This document shows, piece by piece, positions 44,620 through 54,862 of a stretch of DNA of 64,000 nt. The translations under genes were made by a program, and so were the position numbers. Position 1 is the stretch's first letter; the number at the start of each line of letters is the position of its first letter. The notes below the pieces were generated by a model, which saw nothing but the letters and a program-made list of their open reading frames with translations, was not told the origin of the DNA and made no database searches. The stretch is from a virus. The stretch lies in the IMG/VR virus record IMGVR_UViG_3300043313_002348, positions 18,915-82,914 of that record; one strand, given 5' to 3'.

Positions 44620-46392
44620 GTGCTCGGCCACACCTATCGTACGCTAGTGGACGACATATCCGTCACACCTCACGTGAGGACTCACATCGTGGCTCGACCC
44701 GTCCGCGTCGTCTCAGGCTGGACCCTCGGTGGGGGCGGCCGCGTGCGTGAACTGATTACGCTGCCGTGGTGGCTGATCGTGTTAGGACGCGTACTGCGGT
44801 GGTTCGGCGTCAGCCACCCCCTCCTAACGGCGGACGGCGTTGGCGTCGTGTACGTGTGGATCAAGACGGGAAGCCTGGCGCTCGCGCTGGCGACGGTAGC
44901 TGTGGTTGACGTGGCGTTGCTAGCCTGCCTGATCGCGGTGCTACTGCGCCTCACCGGCGCGAGTCTGAGCGCGATCATAGCGGGCATGTCAAGGCGACGT
45001 CAACTACGGAGACAGTGGCCGGACGTAGCGGCGGCCGCCGGCCTGGTACGCACCGTCAGGGGCGACCAGGCCTACCCGCCGCTCAGGCGGGTACGTGTGA
45101 CGCAGACCGGCCTCAGGGCCGTGGCGTACACGGGACGAGTTGGTAAGACGGTGGAGAAGGCGGTGCTCGGGCGGGGTGCGATGGCGGCTGTAATGGGATG
45201 TCGAGAGGTCTACGTTCGCCAGGGAAAACACTCAGGAATTACATCACTAGAATTTGCCTGGGGTGATCCTCTTAAGAGAACACTCCGACTCCGTGATCTT
45301 CCCGAACCCACCAGCAGAGCACATCTTACCTTCGGTATCACCGAAGATCAGGAACCCGTCTCCATCGAACGTGACCTCAGCACACTCATCGTAGGACTTA
45401 CCGGCTCGGGAAAGTCAAGTACGGTGTGGGCCATGCTGGCCGCTCTCGTGAAGAGTGGTATTCCCTACCGTCTCGTGGTAGTTGACCCGAAGGGCGGCAT
45501 GGAGATGGCCGCACTCAAGGACGTAGCCTACAAGTACGCGGTGATGCCCGAGGACATCGCCCAGGTACTAGGTGATACCGTCACCGAGATGCGTGAGAGA
45601 ATGAACACACTCGGTGACCGTAAGACCCGTAAGTATAAGCCTACTCGCGAGCACCCGTTCACCCTGCTCGTCGTCGACGAGTTCCTCAGTCTTACGATGT
45701 TCATGAACTCGAAGCTGAAGAGTCGTGTCGAGCAGTCCGTTGGCCTACTCCTCACACAGGGTCGCGCGCCCGGGTACGCCGGCCTGTTCTGCTCACAGGG
45801 GTCGCAGGTCGACGCACTCGGCCGAATCCGCACGTTCATCCCCCAGCGCCTGTGCCACGCCACAGACGACGTGGAAACCACGGTGGCTGCGCTCGGCTCC
45901 GACGCGAGGCACTCGGCGCGCTGCGACAAGCTTAACCTGCGAACGCAGCAGGGGGTGGGCTTCATGCAGGTCGACGGCCAGCGAGGTTTCACTCGATTCC
46001 GCTCGGTGTACGTCACCGACCGCGAGACAGTGATGATCGCGAACGGGCAGCTTCCACCGGACGCGTACACAGGTCGTGGGTTCTTCGTGCCAAGCCGCCG
46101 CGACGCGCGCCGCGCGCGCCGGGAGCGGGTAGCCGTGTACCGCTGGGTGAGTCACGACGAGGAGGTGCTCTACATCGGGATCAGTAGCGACCCAGAGCGT
46201 CGCCTCGGCCAGCACATCTCCGATAAGCCGTGGGTGGAGGAGGCGGCCCGCGTCGAGCTCGTGGAGTGGTGCGACTCGCGCGAGGACGCGCTGATCCTCG
46301 AGGAAGACCTCATCCGCTCGGAGCAGCCTAGGTACAACATCGTTCACAACATGGACAACCCCGGCCGGGTCGCCTACGAGCTGGAGGCGTAA
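44620..46392 (+). CDS. FtsK/SpoIIIE (TraB-like) DNA translocase fused to a C-terminal GIY-YIG nuclease
   Basis: N-terminal TM segments; GLTGSGKS, VDPKGG, LVVDEF, QGRAPG; C-term AVYRW..VLYIGISSDPERRLGQH..EEDLIRSEQPRYN. Confidence 0.85.
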   Translation: MLGHTYRTLVDDISVTPHVRTHIVARPVRVVSGWTLGGGGRVRELITLPWWLIVLGRVLRWFGVSHPLLTADGVGVVYVWIKTGSLALALATVAVVDVALLACLIAVLLRLTGASLSAIIAGMSRRRQLRRQWPDVAAAAGLVRTVRGDQAYPPLRRVRVTQTGLRAVAYTGRVGKTVEKAVLGRGAMAAVMGCREVYVRQGKHSGITSLEFAWGDPLKRTLRLRDLPEPTSRAHLTFGITEDQEPVSIERDLSTLIVGLTGSGKSSTVWAMLAALVKSGIPYRLVVVDPKGGMEMAALKDVAYKYAVMPEDIAQVLGDTVTEMRERMNTLGDRKTRKYKPTREHPFTLLVVDEFLSLTMFMNSKLKSRVEQSVGLLLTQGRAPGYAGLFCSQGSQVDALGRIRTFIPQRLCHATDDVETTVAALGSDARHSARCDKLNLRTQQGVGFMQVDGQRGFTRFRSVYVTDRETVMIANGQLPPDAYTGRGFFVPSRRDARRARRERVAVYRWVSHDEEVLYIGISSDPERRLGQHISDKPWVEEAARVELVEWCDSREDALILEEDLIRSEQPRYNIVHNMDNPGRVAYELEA

Positions 46393-46458
46393 CCGTCGTG
46401 AGGTTTTAAGCTTACATCTTGGTAGACTAGCTTCAACTTATCAGGAAGCGAGGGAAGA

Positions 46459-46983
46459 ATGACGACTCGGAGACGTGGCACACACTCGGGCGCGGCGAGT
46501 AAGTCCGAGAGCCAACTCGGGCGGAACGCGTACCCGTGGTTACCTGAGCACAACACACCTCCTCTGTCGCCTATACTCTATAGCGCCGCCGTGGTGAAGG
46601 CCGCTGACCCGCACGTGCAGGCGGCGGTCACACGCTCCGAGATGATCACGCGAAGTGGTCTACCCGAGGAGGTGTGGTTAGGACCCAAGAAGACTCCCCG
46701 GAGTGACGTCGTCGACGTGACCGACGAGGCGTACCCACCTCACCGGCGCAAGGTCGCTCCTAAGCTCGTGGACGCGGCGGAGGCGAAGACGTTCGTGGAC
46801 CGGATCCTGGCCGTGCGTAACGCGGGCGGCTCGCGAGGCCGGATCGGCGAGCTCGCCGGTCTCGGCACGGGAGGTAAGATCTGGCGGATCGAACGCGGTA
46901 AGTTGTACGTGGACGAGGTCTCTCAGCTCGACTCCGCCCTGCGGCAGCTCGAACTTGAACTTAAGTTGGTGCCGGTGTCGTGA
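46459..46983 (+). CDS. XRE-like HTH protein
   Basis: SRGRIGELAGLGTGGKIWRIERG. Confidence 0.6.
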   Translation: MTTRRRGTHSGAASKSESQLGRNAYPWLPEHNTPPLSPILYSAAVVKAADPHVQAAVTRSEMITRSGLPEEVWLGPKKTPRSDVVDVTDEAYPPHRRKVAPKLVDAAEAKTFVDRILAVRNAGGSRGRIGELAGLGTGGKIWRIERGKLYVDEVSQLDSALRQLELELKLVPVS

Positions 46984-47177
46984 GTCGTGGTCACCAGTAC
47001 GTCGAGTCCGAGACACCCTGTCCCAACTGCGGCAACGCCGGACTTGCGATCGTGTACGACGACAGCGGTCCTGTACTTCAGTGCGACGAGTGTGGCGAGA
47101 TCTACGACGAGCACGAGACGTTTGACTCGAGTCGACGTCGAGGTGGACTTATCGAGTGGCTAAGGAGCTGGTGGTGA
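46980..47177 (+). CDS. zinc-ribbon protein
   Basis: CPNCG...CDECG. Confidence 0.55.
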   Translation: MSRGHQYVESETPCPNCGNAGLAIVYDDSGPVLQCDECGEIYDEHETFDSSRRRGGLIEWLRSWW

Positions 47178-47530
47178 CGGACGTCGACATGACCGCGTTT
47201 CAATCTAACGAGTTTGACAACGAGCTTAAGCGTCGGCAGGCCGAGGGGATCGGCGCGCGCTGTCGAGGGTGTGGCCTGTGGTGGTCCGGGACCAACACCG
47301 CGCACTGCTCGAGGTGTCACCAGACGTTCACAACGGTGTGGGGCTTCGACGCGCACCGGATCGGTGGCGACGACGACCGGGTGTGCGTGAACCCGGCGTT
47401 GATCCGCGACGGCGGGGAGCCTCTGCGTCTCGTCGAGCGTGGAGGCGCGCAGGCGTGGGCGCGTCCGATCGACGAGGCCGCACGCGACCGACTGGCCGCC
47501 TCGCGTCCCGGACGCACGCCGCAGGAGTGA
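47156..47530 (+). CDS. phage FDXHR-type zinc-binding protein
   Basis: CRGCGLWW..AHCSRCHQTF..FDAHR. Confidence 0.7.
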   Translation: MAKELVVTDVDMTAFQSNEFDNELKRRQAEGIGARCRGCGLWWSGTNTAHCSRCHQTFTTVWGFDAHRIGGDDDRVCVNPALIRDGGEPLRLVERGGAQAWARPIDEAARDRLAASRPGRTPQE

Positions 47531-47561
47531 GACGTCGAAACACGCCGAAGCCGCCACACGA

Positions 47562-47599
47562 GAAGCCCGCTAGTCGGTCGTATCGACTAGCGGGTTTGT
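47562..47599. terminator. bidirectional terminator between convergent arms
   Basis: AAGCCCGCTAGTCG/CGACTAGCGGGTTT stem. Confidence 0.75.
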
Positions 47600-47624
47600 G
47601 TGCCTGCTGCGTGTTAGCCAGGTG

Positions 47625-48737
47625 CTAGCTGGGTGCCGCTAGCCGATCAACTGACGCCACTACGGAGCTACGTCGACCGGTCTGGATGCGGTACGCCTCG
47701 TCCCACGCCTCGAGCCACCTCCACGCGTGATCGTCGAGCCGGAGGGTCTCCGCGACCTCACGACCCGCGTGTGATAGCTCGGCGCGTCGCGTCGGATCCC
47801 GCCGCAGGTCGCGGAGGACGCGGTACCAGTCCTTCGGTCGCTCGGCGAGGACCCCGCAACCTAGCTTGTGTAGTGCGGCGTACTCCGTTCGCGGTGAACC
47901 TACCCACGGAACACCCACGGCCGCAAGTTCAAGTGGTTTAAGCCAGCTCTTAGCACGGTTGAATCGTGTGTCCGCGAGGGGGGTGATTCCGATCCCGATC
48001 TTCGCGACCGCGGTCGGCCAGTCGAAGATGTTCGAGGCGCCACCGCCGGGAGGATCGTCCGGAAGCATGAACGCCCGGCCGCAGCCCTCGGGTCGACCGA
48101 CGATCCTAAATTCCGCTCCCTCGTTCACAAGTCTTGAAACCGCGGGTCCGACCACGTCGGGATCGTTCGGATGCGCGTGTAACATCGCCGGCCAAGCGAT
48201 CACGTCCGAGTCGTCGTGAGGTATCCCGAAGTAGTGAGGTGCCAGCACGTTCCGCAACACCGCTCCACGACCGTGCGGAGCGTAGATGCGAAGGAGAGCA
48301 GGTGAACTTACCGTCACAAGTGTCGCCTCCGCGCACGCGTCGTGCAGGTGCTGCCAGCCGTGAAGAAGTGGTTTGCCGAAGCCATCACGCTTACCCGAGG
48401 TCGACGGGTGAAGACCCGTGAAGGCGGGATTACTCGGATGTATGGACGTGAGGTCGTCGTCGATATCCACCACCGTGGCGATGCCTCGTTCACGTATGAA
48501 CCTAATGACGCCTGAGAGCCACTGATGTGTCACGCGCTGGAAGACCACCACGTCGACGTCTGGGGGTAGGTCGACGCTCTTCACTTCACCCGTGTGAGAG
48601 AGTCCTACGCGGACGCGGCGGTCTTCTTGCGGTATCACGGTAACGTCGTGACCCTGCCGGATGAGAGCTTCACCCGGCCAGATCAGCCTGTGGTAGCCGC
48701 AGCCCTGCTGGTCGGCCGGGTAGACGAGAACCCTCAC
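47625..48737 (-). CDS. GT-B (GT4-like) glycosyltransferase
   Basis: GCGYHRL, VVFQR, DIDDD, IGITPLADTRFNRAKSWLKPLE..GVP; start reassigned to the GTG at 48737. Confidence 0.85.
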   Translation of the reverse strand: MRVLVYPADQQGCGYHRLIWPGEALIRQGHDVTVIPQEDRRVRVGLSHTGEVKSVDLPPDVDVVVFQRVTHQWLSGVIRFIRERGIATVVDIDDDLTSIHPSNPAFTGLHPSTSGKRDGFGKPLLHGWQHLHDACAEATLVTVSSPALLRIYAPHGRGAVLRNVLAPHYFGIPHDDSDVIAWPAMLHAHPNDPDVVGPAVSRLVNEGAEFRIVGRPEGCGRAFMLPDDPPGGGASNIFDWPTAVAKIGIGITPLADTRFNRAKSWLKPLELAAVGVPWVGSPRTEYAALHKLGCGVLAERPKDWYRVLRDLRRDPTRRAELSHAGREVAETLRLDDHAWRWLEAWDEAYRIQTGRRSSVVASVDRLAAPS

Positions 48738-48741
48738 GTAG

Positions 48742-48993
48742 CTACCTCGTACTCTTGGCGCCCGTGGACTTCGTCGAGGACCTCGGTGCCTCCTTGGTGG
48801 GCTCGTCGGCCTTCGCCGGGGTCGACGTATCGGACGTCGGGGCGGTCGCCTTGGAGGAGGACTCAGCGGACTCCGGACGCGTGGTCTCGAGCTCACTCAC
48901 ACGTCGCTCCAGCTCGTTCACGACTTTGGTGAACTCGTCGCGGAGCTCGGTAAGTGCGTTACTTATCCTCATATCGATTCCCACTTCGGTCAC
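48742..48993 (-). CDS. small hypothetical protein
   Basis: Coiled coil plus low-complexity tail; fills an operon gap. Confidence 0.5.
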   Translation of the reverse strand: MTEVGIDMRISNALTELRDEFTKVVNELERRVSELETTRPESAESSSKATAPTSDTSTPAKADEPTKEAPRSSTKSTGAKSTR

Positions 48994-49017
48994 TCTCCCT
49001 CACTAGGTGGATCTTCT

Positions 49018-49611
49018 TCACATCCGAGTAACGTGTGCCGTCCAGATCCCGTACAGGTACGGCTCGCCGTACGGCCGCGAGTCGACCTCGTCCGTCTTCA
49101 CAACCGTGAAATCTACTCTCTGTAACATCTTCGTCACGTCGTTCGCGGACCACGCCCAGTAGTGCTCGGCGTTCGTGTCGTTCCAGTTCTCGACCGGGGT
49201 GCTGAGCACGAGCCACCGGGTGACGTCGTGAACCTGTCTTAAGACTGCCTCGGGATCGTCGAGGTGTTCGATCGTCTCGCCGCAGACGAAGAGATTCACC
49301 TGCGACAGGCGATCGACCGTCCGCTCGATCGGACCTACGTATGGGTAACCCGGCGCGAAGTCACCGAGGATGACGTGCACGTCGGAGTTGCACTCGGCCG
49401 CGATCGTCCGCGCCACGTGACCGTTGCCACAGGAGAGATCCGCAATCGACGTGATAGGTTCACCGGCGCGGACGAGCGCGACGCCGTGATCGATCATCTT
49501 CTGCACACGCTCACCGTGACCACGTCCGTAGAGGTTGTGATCGTGAGGTTGCGCGTACAGGGTGGCGAGGACGTCGTCCGACCACCTCGGGCGGAGTCGG
49601 GTAGGTGTCAC
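49018..49611 (-). CDS. class I SAM-dependent methyltransferase
   Basis: IADLSCGNG, ETIEHLDDP, LVLSTP, EHYWAW. Confidence 0.85.
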   Translation of the reverse strand: MTPTRLRPRWSDDVLATLYAQPHDHNLYGRGHGERVQKMIDHGVALVRAGEPITSIADLSCGNGHVARTIAAECNSDVHVILGDFAPGYPYVGPIERTVDRLSQVNLFVCGETIEHLDDPEAVLRQVHDVTRWLVLSTPVENWNDTNAEHYWAWSANDVTKMLQRVDFTVVKTDEVDSRPYGEPYLYGIWTAHVTRM

Positions 49612-50312
49612 CTTCTCACAACCGAACGGTCGTGACCGCGCAGCTCGATCGCCGGGATCGCCTCAGGGAAGTGTCGACCAACAACATCCTTGCGGACGTA
49701 CGTGAGTAGGCCGTGATACCGCTGCGCGTCGTAGTAGAGACACGGATCATCACTCATACCCGCGTCACGATCCCACCGCCAGCGAATGAAGCGAAATAGA
49801 TCACGTCTGAGCATCACGTACGCGGCCGTGGCCATATGCTCCTCGACCGGGTAGTTGGGATACCTCTCCCGCTGCCACGGACCCGTGAGGCAGTAGGTGG
49901 AGCACTCACCACCCACGATCGGGTGATCCATCTCGACGAGCTTCGGGATCGTGTCCTCTTGCGGTAGGAGGTCCGCGGCGAGGAATAGGAGATGTGAGTA
50001 GTCACCCTCGCAGGCGCGATCTGTGACGAGGTTCTGACCCATCGTGATATGCCGCAGGCGGTTCGCCGTGGTAACCTCGGTGCGCCCGTCGTCGAGGCTG
50101 AACGTCCACCACGACCCGTTCACCTCGCGGAGGCGCTCGAGTAGCGGTGCGAACGGCTCGAGTCCTCGCGCGTCCACCTCGATCGCGGCGAAGAAGTCAA
50201 CGCCGTCGGGCCACGACTCTCGCATCTTCTCCGCGCGCCGCAGCCACGAGGACCAGGTGAACTCGTTGTCCATGACGTACGCGGCGAGCGTCGTCCCCAC
50301 CAGAACACGCAC
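49608..50312 (-). CDS. GT-A/GT2-like glycosyltransferase
   Basis: GQNL, HLLFLAAD, PIVGG, SDDP, GRH. Confidence 0.6.
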   Translation of the reverse strand: MRVLVGTTLAAYVMDNEFTWSSWLRRAEKMRESWPDGVDFFAAIEVDARGLEPFAPLLERLREVNGSWWTFSLDDGRTEVTTANRLRHITMGQNLVTDRACEGDYSHLLFLAADLLPQEDTIPKLVEMDHPIVGGECSTYCLTGPWQRERYPNYPVEEHMATAAYVMLRRDLFRFIRWRWDRDAGMSDDPCLYYDAQRYHGLLTYVRKDVVGRHFPEAIPAIELRGHDRSVVRR

Positions 50313-50320
50313 GTGACCTC

Positions 50321-51037
50321 CTACGGGATTCCCATGCAGTACGCGTCTAGCGTAACGGGGGTAGCCGTCTCGGGTGCTCGTATGGACACCTCACCGCCAC
50401 CGGCGATGCGGACGATCGAGGCACCTACGATCAGGCTACCACTCGATGCCGCGGTGAAGTAGCCGTAACCGTGACACGCTTGCTCACCACCGCCACCCGC
50501 GATCGAACTAAATCCTACGGTACCACCCACCTGCGTGCTCGCCGTCGTCGGGTTACTGGGCGCGCCCGAGATGGCACTGGTCCGGAGACGTTGAGCCCAC
50601 GCGGTCGCGTTCACGCTGACGTCGATGCGCCCGTGGAGTTCAACCTTGTACTTAAGACCCTGTATGACGGGAACCGATAGCCACATGTCAGTGTCAAACG
50701 TCTCAGCTCCCGCGACCGTGGTGAAGGTGTTCGCACCTACACTCTGCTTCAGCCACGTCACCGTCCCGTACAGTGAATTGTGACCACCGATCACGAGTAA
50801 GTCAGTGTCGTTCTGGAGCACCCACACCGTGTCGTTAACCGTAGGTAGGTAGCCACCGCGCATGAAGGCGACACCGAGGACCGGGTTTGAGTCGTCACCT
50901 CCGAGTGAGATGTCACACGTGGACGTCGAGACGCTCACGTTGAGGACGACCGCCTGGCGGATCCGTGCGTAGACCTGCGGGCTTCCCACCAGTGCTTGAG
51001 AGAGCTCGTGGTGTATCCGCTGTAGGCTGGACGTCAC
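50321..51037 (-). CDS. minor tail protein
   Basis: YLPTVNDTVWVL..LLVIG OB-like N-terminus; position in the tail operon. Confidence 0.65.
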   Translation of the reverse strand: MTSSLQRIHHELSQALVGSPQVYARIRQAVVLNVSVSTSTCDISLGGDDSNPVLGVAFMRGGYLPTVNDTVWVLQNDTDLLVIGGHNSLYGTVTWLKQSVGANTFTTVAGAETFDTDMWLSVPVIQGLKYKVELHGRIDVSVNATAWAQRLRTSAISGAPSNPTTASTQVGGTVGFSSIAGGGGEQACHGYGYFTAASSGSLIVGASIVRIAGGGEVSIRAPETATPVTLDAYCMGIP

Positions 51038-52182
51038 GTCACTGTCACCACCAGCCGGGCGCGCGTCGTCAATGACATGCTCTGTGAGCCGCGCACGGGA
51101 ACCTCGAGCGTGTCGAGGATGAAGTACTGGGCGATGCCGCGCGATGTAGACGCCACGTACACGATGTCACCGGTGTCCAGCGCCGGGTGTCCCCACGAAC
51201 TGAAGTTCACCTGCTGCGCGATGCCTAGTTGCGCCTGCAGCTCCTTAAGGGCGCGCGCCTCGGCCTGCGCCTTCGACGCTACCTTCGAGTCCGTGATGAT
51301 CGGCATCGGACGCTTACCGAACGGACCCCCATACCTAGTCACACTCGTCGGCTCGAGGTCACGTACGGTCGCTCTCACGGGTGCCGTCAGCGACGTGTTC
51401 TCACCCGTCACCGTGACGGAGTTGTAGTTCTCGCCGGTCCACGTCTGGATAGGACCCGGCAGTAGCATGCTAGTGGCGCTTGAGTCGTCGAACGACCACG
51501 CTACCGGGTCAGAAATGGGATCCGGTTCGGGTTTCATCTGCGCGACGCCCATCGGATCGAAGAAGAGTCTCATACCGATGTTTGCCGCGAGGTCTTGCGC
51601 GACACCCCACGGATTCGTGTTCGGGTCATAGGTCATTAACGCGGTAACCTCGCCCGTGGTGGGGAAGTTGTACGTGACGTCAGGGTACGCGGTGGTAATG
51701 ATGCTGGTGACGGCTGTAACCACGTCCGTGCCCGCCGCGATCGTGAACGTGTCCTCGAAGAGCGCCCCCTCCACGATCCACGCGCGGTCGTAAACGTGAT
51801 CAAGTACGATCTGGCCGGACTGTGTCTGCACGGCTGTGAAACGAAACGTTCCCAGAGGAACGTACTCGCGGTCGGTTCCGCTCAACACCTCCGTCGCGGT
51901 AGCGTCACGGTAGATCAAGCCGCGCCAGAGCCGCAGTTGGCGACCCACAGGTATGAGTAGGTCGTTGATCGCGTCGGGTGTAAGAGTGCCGTCGCGATCC
52001 ACGAGTGTGAGTCGCGCCGAGCGCTGCACGGCCGACCGTGACACACTTACGACACCGTCGACGACGACTCCCATGTCGGTGAGGTCGGCGATCACCTGAT
52101 CATCTTGAATGATCTCAACCTTCTGCAACACCGTATGACTATAGGGTAGTGAGTCCGCGAACCTCGACGAGATCGGCCACAC
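51034..52182 (-). CDS. minor tail protein (DUF5047/hub-like)
   Basis: MWPISSRF, EYVPLGTF, YNSVTVTGE, HPALDTGD. Confidence 0.8.
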   Translation of the reverse strand: MWPISSRFADSLPYSHTVLQKVEIIQDDQVIADLTDMGVVVDGVVSVSRSAVQRSARLTLVDRDGTLTPDAINDLLIPVGRQLRLWRGLIYRDATATEVLSGTDREYVPLGTFRFTAVQTQSGQIVLDHVYDRAWIVEGALFEDTFTIAAGTDVVTAVTSIITTAYPDVTYNFPTTGEVTALMTYDPNTNPWGVAQDLAANIGMRLFFDPMGVAQMKPEPDPISDPVAWSFDDSSATSMLLPGPIQTWTGENYNSVTVTGENTSLTAPVRATVRDLEPTSVTRYGGPFGKRPMPIITDSKVASKAQAEARALKELQAQLGIAQQVNFSSWGHPALDTGDIVYVASTSRGIAQYFILDTLEVPVRGSQSMSLTTRARLVVTVT

Positions 52183-52183
52183 G

Positions 52184-54862
52184 TCAAACCGCCGGAGCCT
52201 GGACGATGCGGCCGGTCCACGTGTACTTAAAGATCGCGGGTCGTAGTCGCGTGACCGGGTAGTCCGTGACGCGGACGTACCACTGCCCGCCGTCCGCCCA
52301 CTTAATTAAGACACCCGTGTTGGTGCGTATGAGCTGATCAAGTCGAAGGAGCTCCTCGTTGCTGGCCGCAACCACCGAGAGGCTGACCTGGTGCCCGAGC
52401 CAGTCACGCAGGAAGACCGGGTCGTCATCCCGACCGAGTGGGTGAAACTCCGCGAAGTCCTCAACCGGTGACTGCACGTCGTTGTACTGAACGCTCACCA
52501 CATACGAACGCTCAGGCTGTAGTGGATCTAAGATCAGTGAGGCTGTCGGCGCGTTTAAGTAGATGACACCGAAGACACTCGGGTTTGACGCGATCGTCAC
52601 ACCACCGACCGTCACACTCTGTCGCATTCGGTAGTACACAGGTCTCGCTGGAGGAATCTCGTAGTCGCTAAACGTGATGGTCTGACCGAGGTCGTAGCCG
52701 AACGGTAGGCCGACGGTCTGCGCCTGGTCGACGAAGCGCACCGGCTTCCACACGATAGGACCACCTCGACCTACGTGATCGTCGGTCGCGGTTGAGCCGA
52801 GCCAGAAGCCTACGCGTGTCACGTAGATGCCGACCGGCTGCGCTGACGTGTGGTTAGTGAACACGCCGCGCGCCGAGGTAGCGAGCGCCGTCGCGACGCC
52901 GGTTACGATCACCTGCTGAGGTGTCGTCGTCAGTGTGACAACACTGCCGGTCGAGGTGCCACGTACCGTGGTCGCGTCGTCAGCCATCCAGTCGATCTTA
53001 GGTGTCATGTCTACGGTGCCGGTGACGGTCCACGCCCAGAACGACAACACGTGTTGAAACCCGGCTAACGCCGGGAACTGCCAGTCACCGTCGTAGGCAC
53101 CCGCGTACGCCCACGAACCGATGAGTAGACTCGCGGCCGCCGCGCTGCGCGGTGACCAGAGGATCGCACCTGACGGCTGGTTGTCGTGTGTGCCGTTGCA
53201 GGGAAGACCCGCGACACCTACACCACGCTGGAGGTTGTTTATGATCGGCTGGTAAATGATCTTATCTAGGCCGGCGTCGTCGACGACGCGGAACCCGTAC
53301 GTGGCGGTACGAAGTTCGGATCCCCCGGAAGCGACCTGCGACGACGCCCAGTTGTACGCTTGACCACGTATGTTATCGATGCGCTCACCACGCTCGAGTG
53401 TGATGACTTGCGTCGTGCTGTTACCTCCTACCGTCCACGTCGTACTCGAACCGATCATTAAGCTGACCTTGTCGACGCGGTGTAACTCGGCCGCGCCACC
53501 GGTCGCGGCGACGTTGACTCGTATCACCGCGCTGACGGCGTTCGAGGGTGATGTGAACGTCGCGCTAGCTTGCGTGTATCCAGCGTTCGTGTCGGTGACA
53601 GCGACACCCATGTCGGTCTGGATGGTCGCACCCGCTCCGTTCAGCCACCGGATACCGACGGTGCAGGATCGTCCCGTGGTGCCGGCGCGGAACGACGCGA
53701 GCGCGGTGTACTGCGTCCCACCTTTAACGTGGTAACCAATGGTAGGATCTTGACCACTGGTCGCGGACATGGCACCCGCAGCGGTTGAGCTAAGTTGTAG
53801 TGACCACGAGCCGTCCGCCGCGTCCGTACTCACGCGCGAGATCGAGCAGTTAGTCTCGGCGGTCCACTGGTTCACCGACGTCTCGAACGAGGCCGTGTCG
53901 GCGGTCAGTAAGTTAAGCGGTGCGGTTGCGGTAATGACAGCTCGGTAGCCAGGGGGTCCACCGGTAGCGGTAAGACTGATGAACGGTGTCGGCGGTGGGG
54001 TGAGTGCGATCGTAAACGCGCTCGACAGCGCCCACGGCGAGAACCAGTCGTCACCGTTGAAGTCCTGTGCTGCCTGCACGTACGCCTTGTAGGTAGTGCC
54101 GTTCACGAGGTCCACACCGACCGTGATCGTCGCCGCGTCGCCGGCGAGGATCGTCGAGTCCCACGTCGCTACGGATGTGCTAGGATCGAATCCCGTCGTA
54201 CCATACTGCGCCGAACTGAAGATCTTAACCCGGTAGGCGACCTGCTGGTCGCCGTCCGCGTTCGCGTTGAAAGACCACGTGATCGTCGGCCTCGTCGTGG
54301 TAGTGTGACCACTCTCGACGACACCGGTGACCGTAGGTTGGTCACGCACGTCCACGTCGAAGTACAACTCACTCACACGGACGTTCTGGTGACCCGTTCC
54401 GAGAGAGTACCAGAACGAGAGAAACGCCCACGTCGACTCGACGAGCGTCTCGGTCCACTCGGTACCGTGCCCACTCTGCGGGTGGGTGCGCCAAACACCC
54501 GTGAACTGCGTGAAGGACGTCGAGTTTGCGGTCTGCACCTTCTCGATGAAGGTATCTGAGCTGTCAGAGAGCCGGGTACTCAAGCCCAGCGTCGAGGCGT
54601 GACCTCCGTCAGCCGCGTTCTGCCGGATCCGCGCGCGGTAGCGCACCTGCTTAATCCGTTGAGTCGCCGAGACCGTCAGCGTCGCGGTGGGAAATCGGAC
54701 GAACGCCTTGCAGTTCGGATAGTTGGACCCGGTGGTACCGACGACGTACGTCGCGTCGTCGTCCGGACTGTCGTCGATGAGTGACCACATCGCCGCGCCG
54801 GCCGAGAGTGTCATATTCGTCTTCGAGATGTCGCCACTCGGACGCAAGGTGGTGACCGTCAT
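52184..54862 (-). CDS. minor tail protein with carbohydrate-binding-like modules
   Basis: Follows the tape measure; NLLTADTASFE CBM-like module; DYEIP. Confidence 0.75.
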   Translation of the reverse strand: MTVTTLRPSGDISKTNMTLSAGAAMWSLIDDSPDDDATYVVGTTGSNYPNCKAFVRFPTATLTVSATQRIKQVRYRARIRQNAADGGHASTLGLSTRLSDSSDTFIEKVQTANSTSFTQFTGVWRTHPQSGHGTEWTETLVESTWAFLSFWYSLGTGHQNVRVSELYFDVDVRDQPTVTGVVESGHTTTTRPTITWSFNANADGDQQVAYRVKIFSSAQYGTTGFDPSTSVATWDSTILAGDAATITVGVDLVNGTTYKAYVQAAQDFNGDDWFSPWALSSAFTIALTPPPTPFISLTATGGPPGYRAVITATAPLNLLTADTASFETSVNQWTAETNCSISRVSTDAADGSWSLQLSSTAAGAMSATSGQDPTIGYHVKGGTQYTALASFRAGTTGRSCTVGIRWLNGAGATIQTDMGVAVTDTNAGYTQASATFTSPSNAVSAVIRVNVAATGGAAELHRVDKVSLMIGSSTTWTVGGNSTTQVITLERGERIDNIRGQAYNWASSQVASGGSELRTATYGFRVVDDAGLDKIIYQPIINNLQRGVGVAGLPCNGTHDNQPSGAILWSPRSAAAASLLIGSWAYAGAYDGDWQFPALAGFQHVLSFWAWTVTGTVDMTPKIDWMADDATTVRGTSTGSVVTLTTTPQQVIVTGVATALATSARGVFTNHTSAQPVGIYVTRVGFWLGSTATDDHVGRGGPIVWKPVRFVDQAQTVGLPFGYDLGQTITFSDYEIPPARPVYYRMRQSVTVGGVTIASNPSVFGVIYLNAPTASLILDPLQPERSYVVSVQYNDVQSPVEDFAEFHPLGRDDDPVFLRDWLGHQVSLSVVAASNEELLRLDQLIRTNTGVLIKWADGGQWYVRVTDYPVTRLRPAIFKYTWTGRIVQAPAV

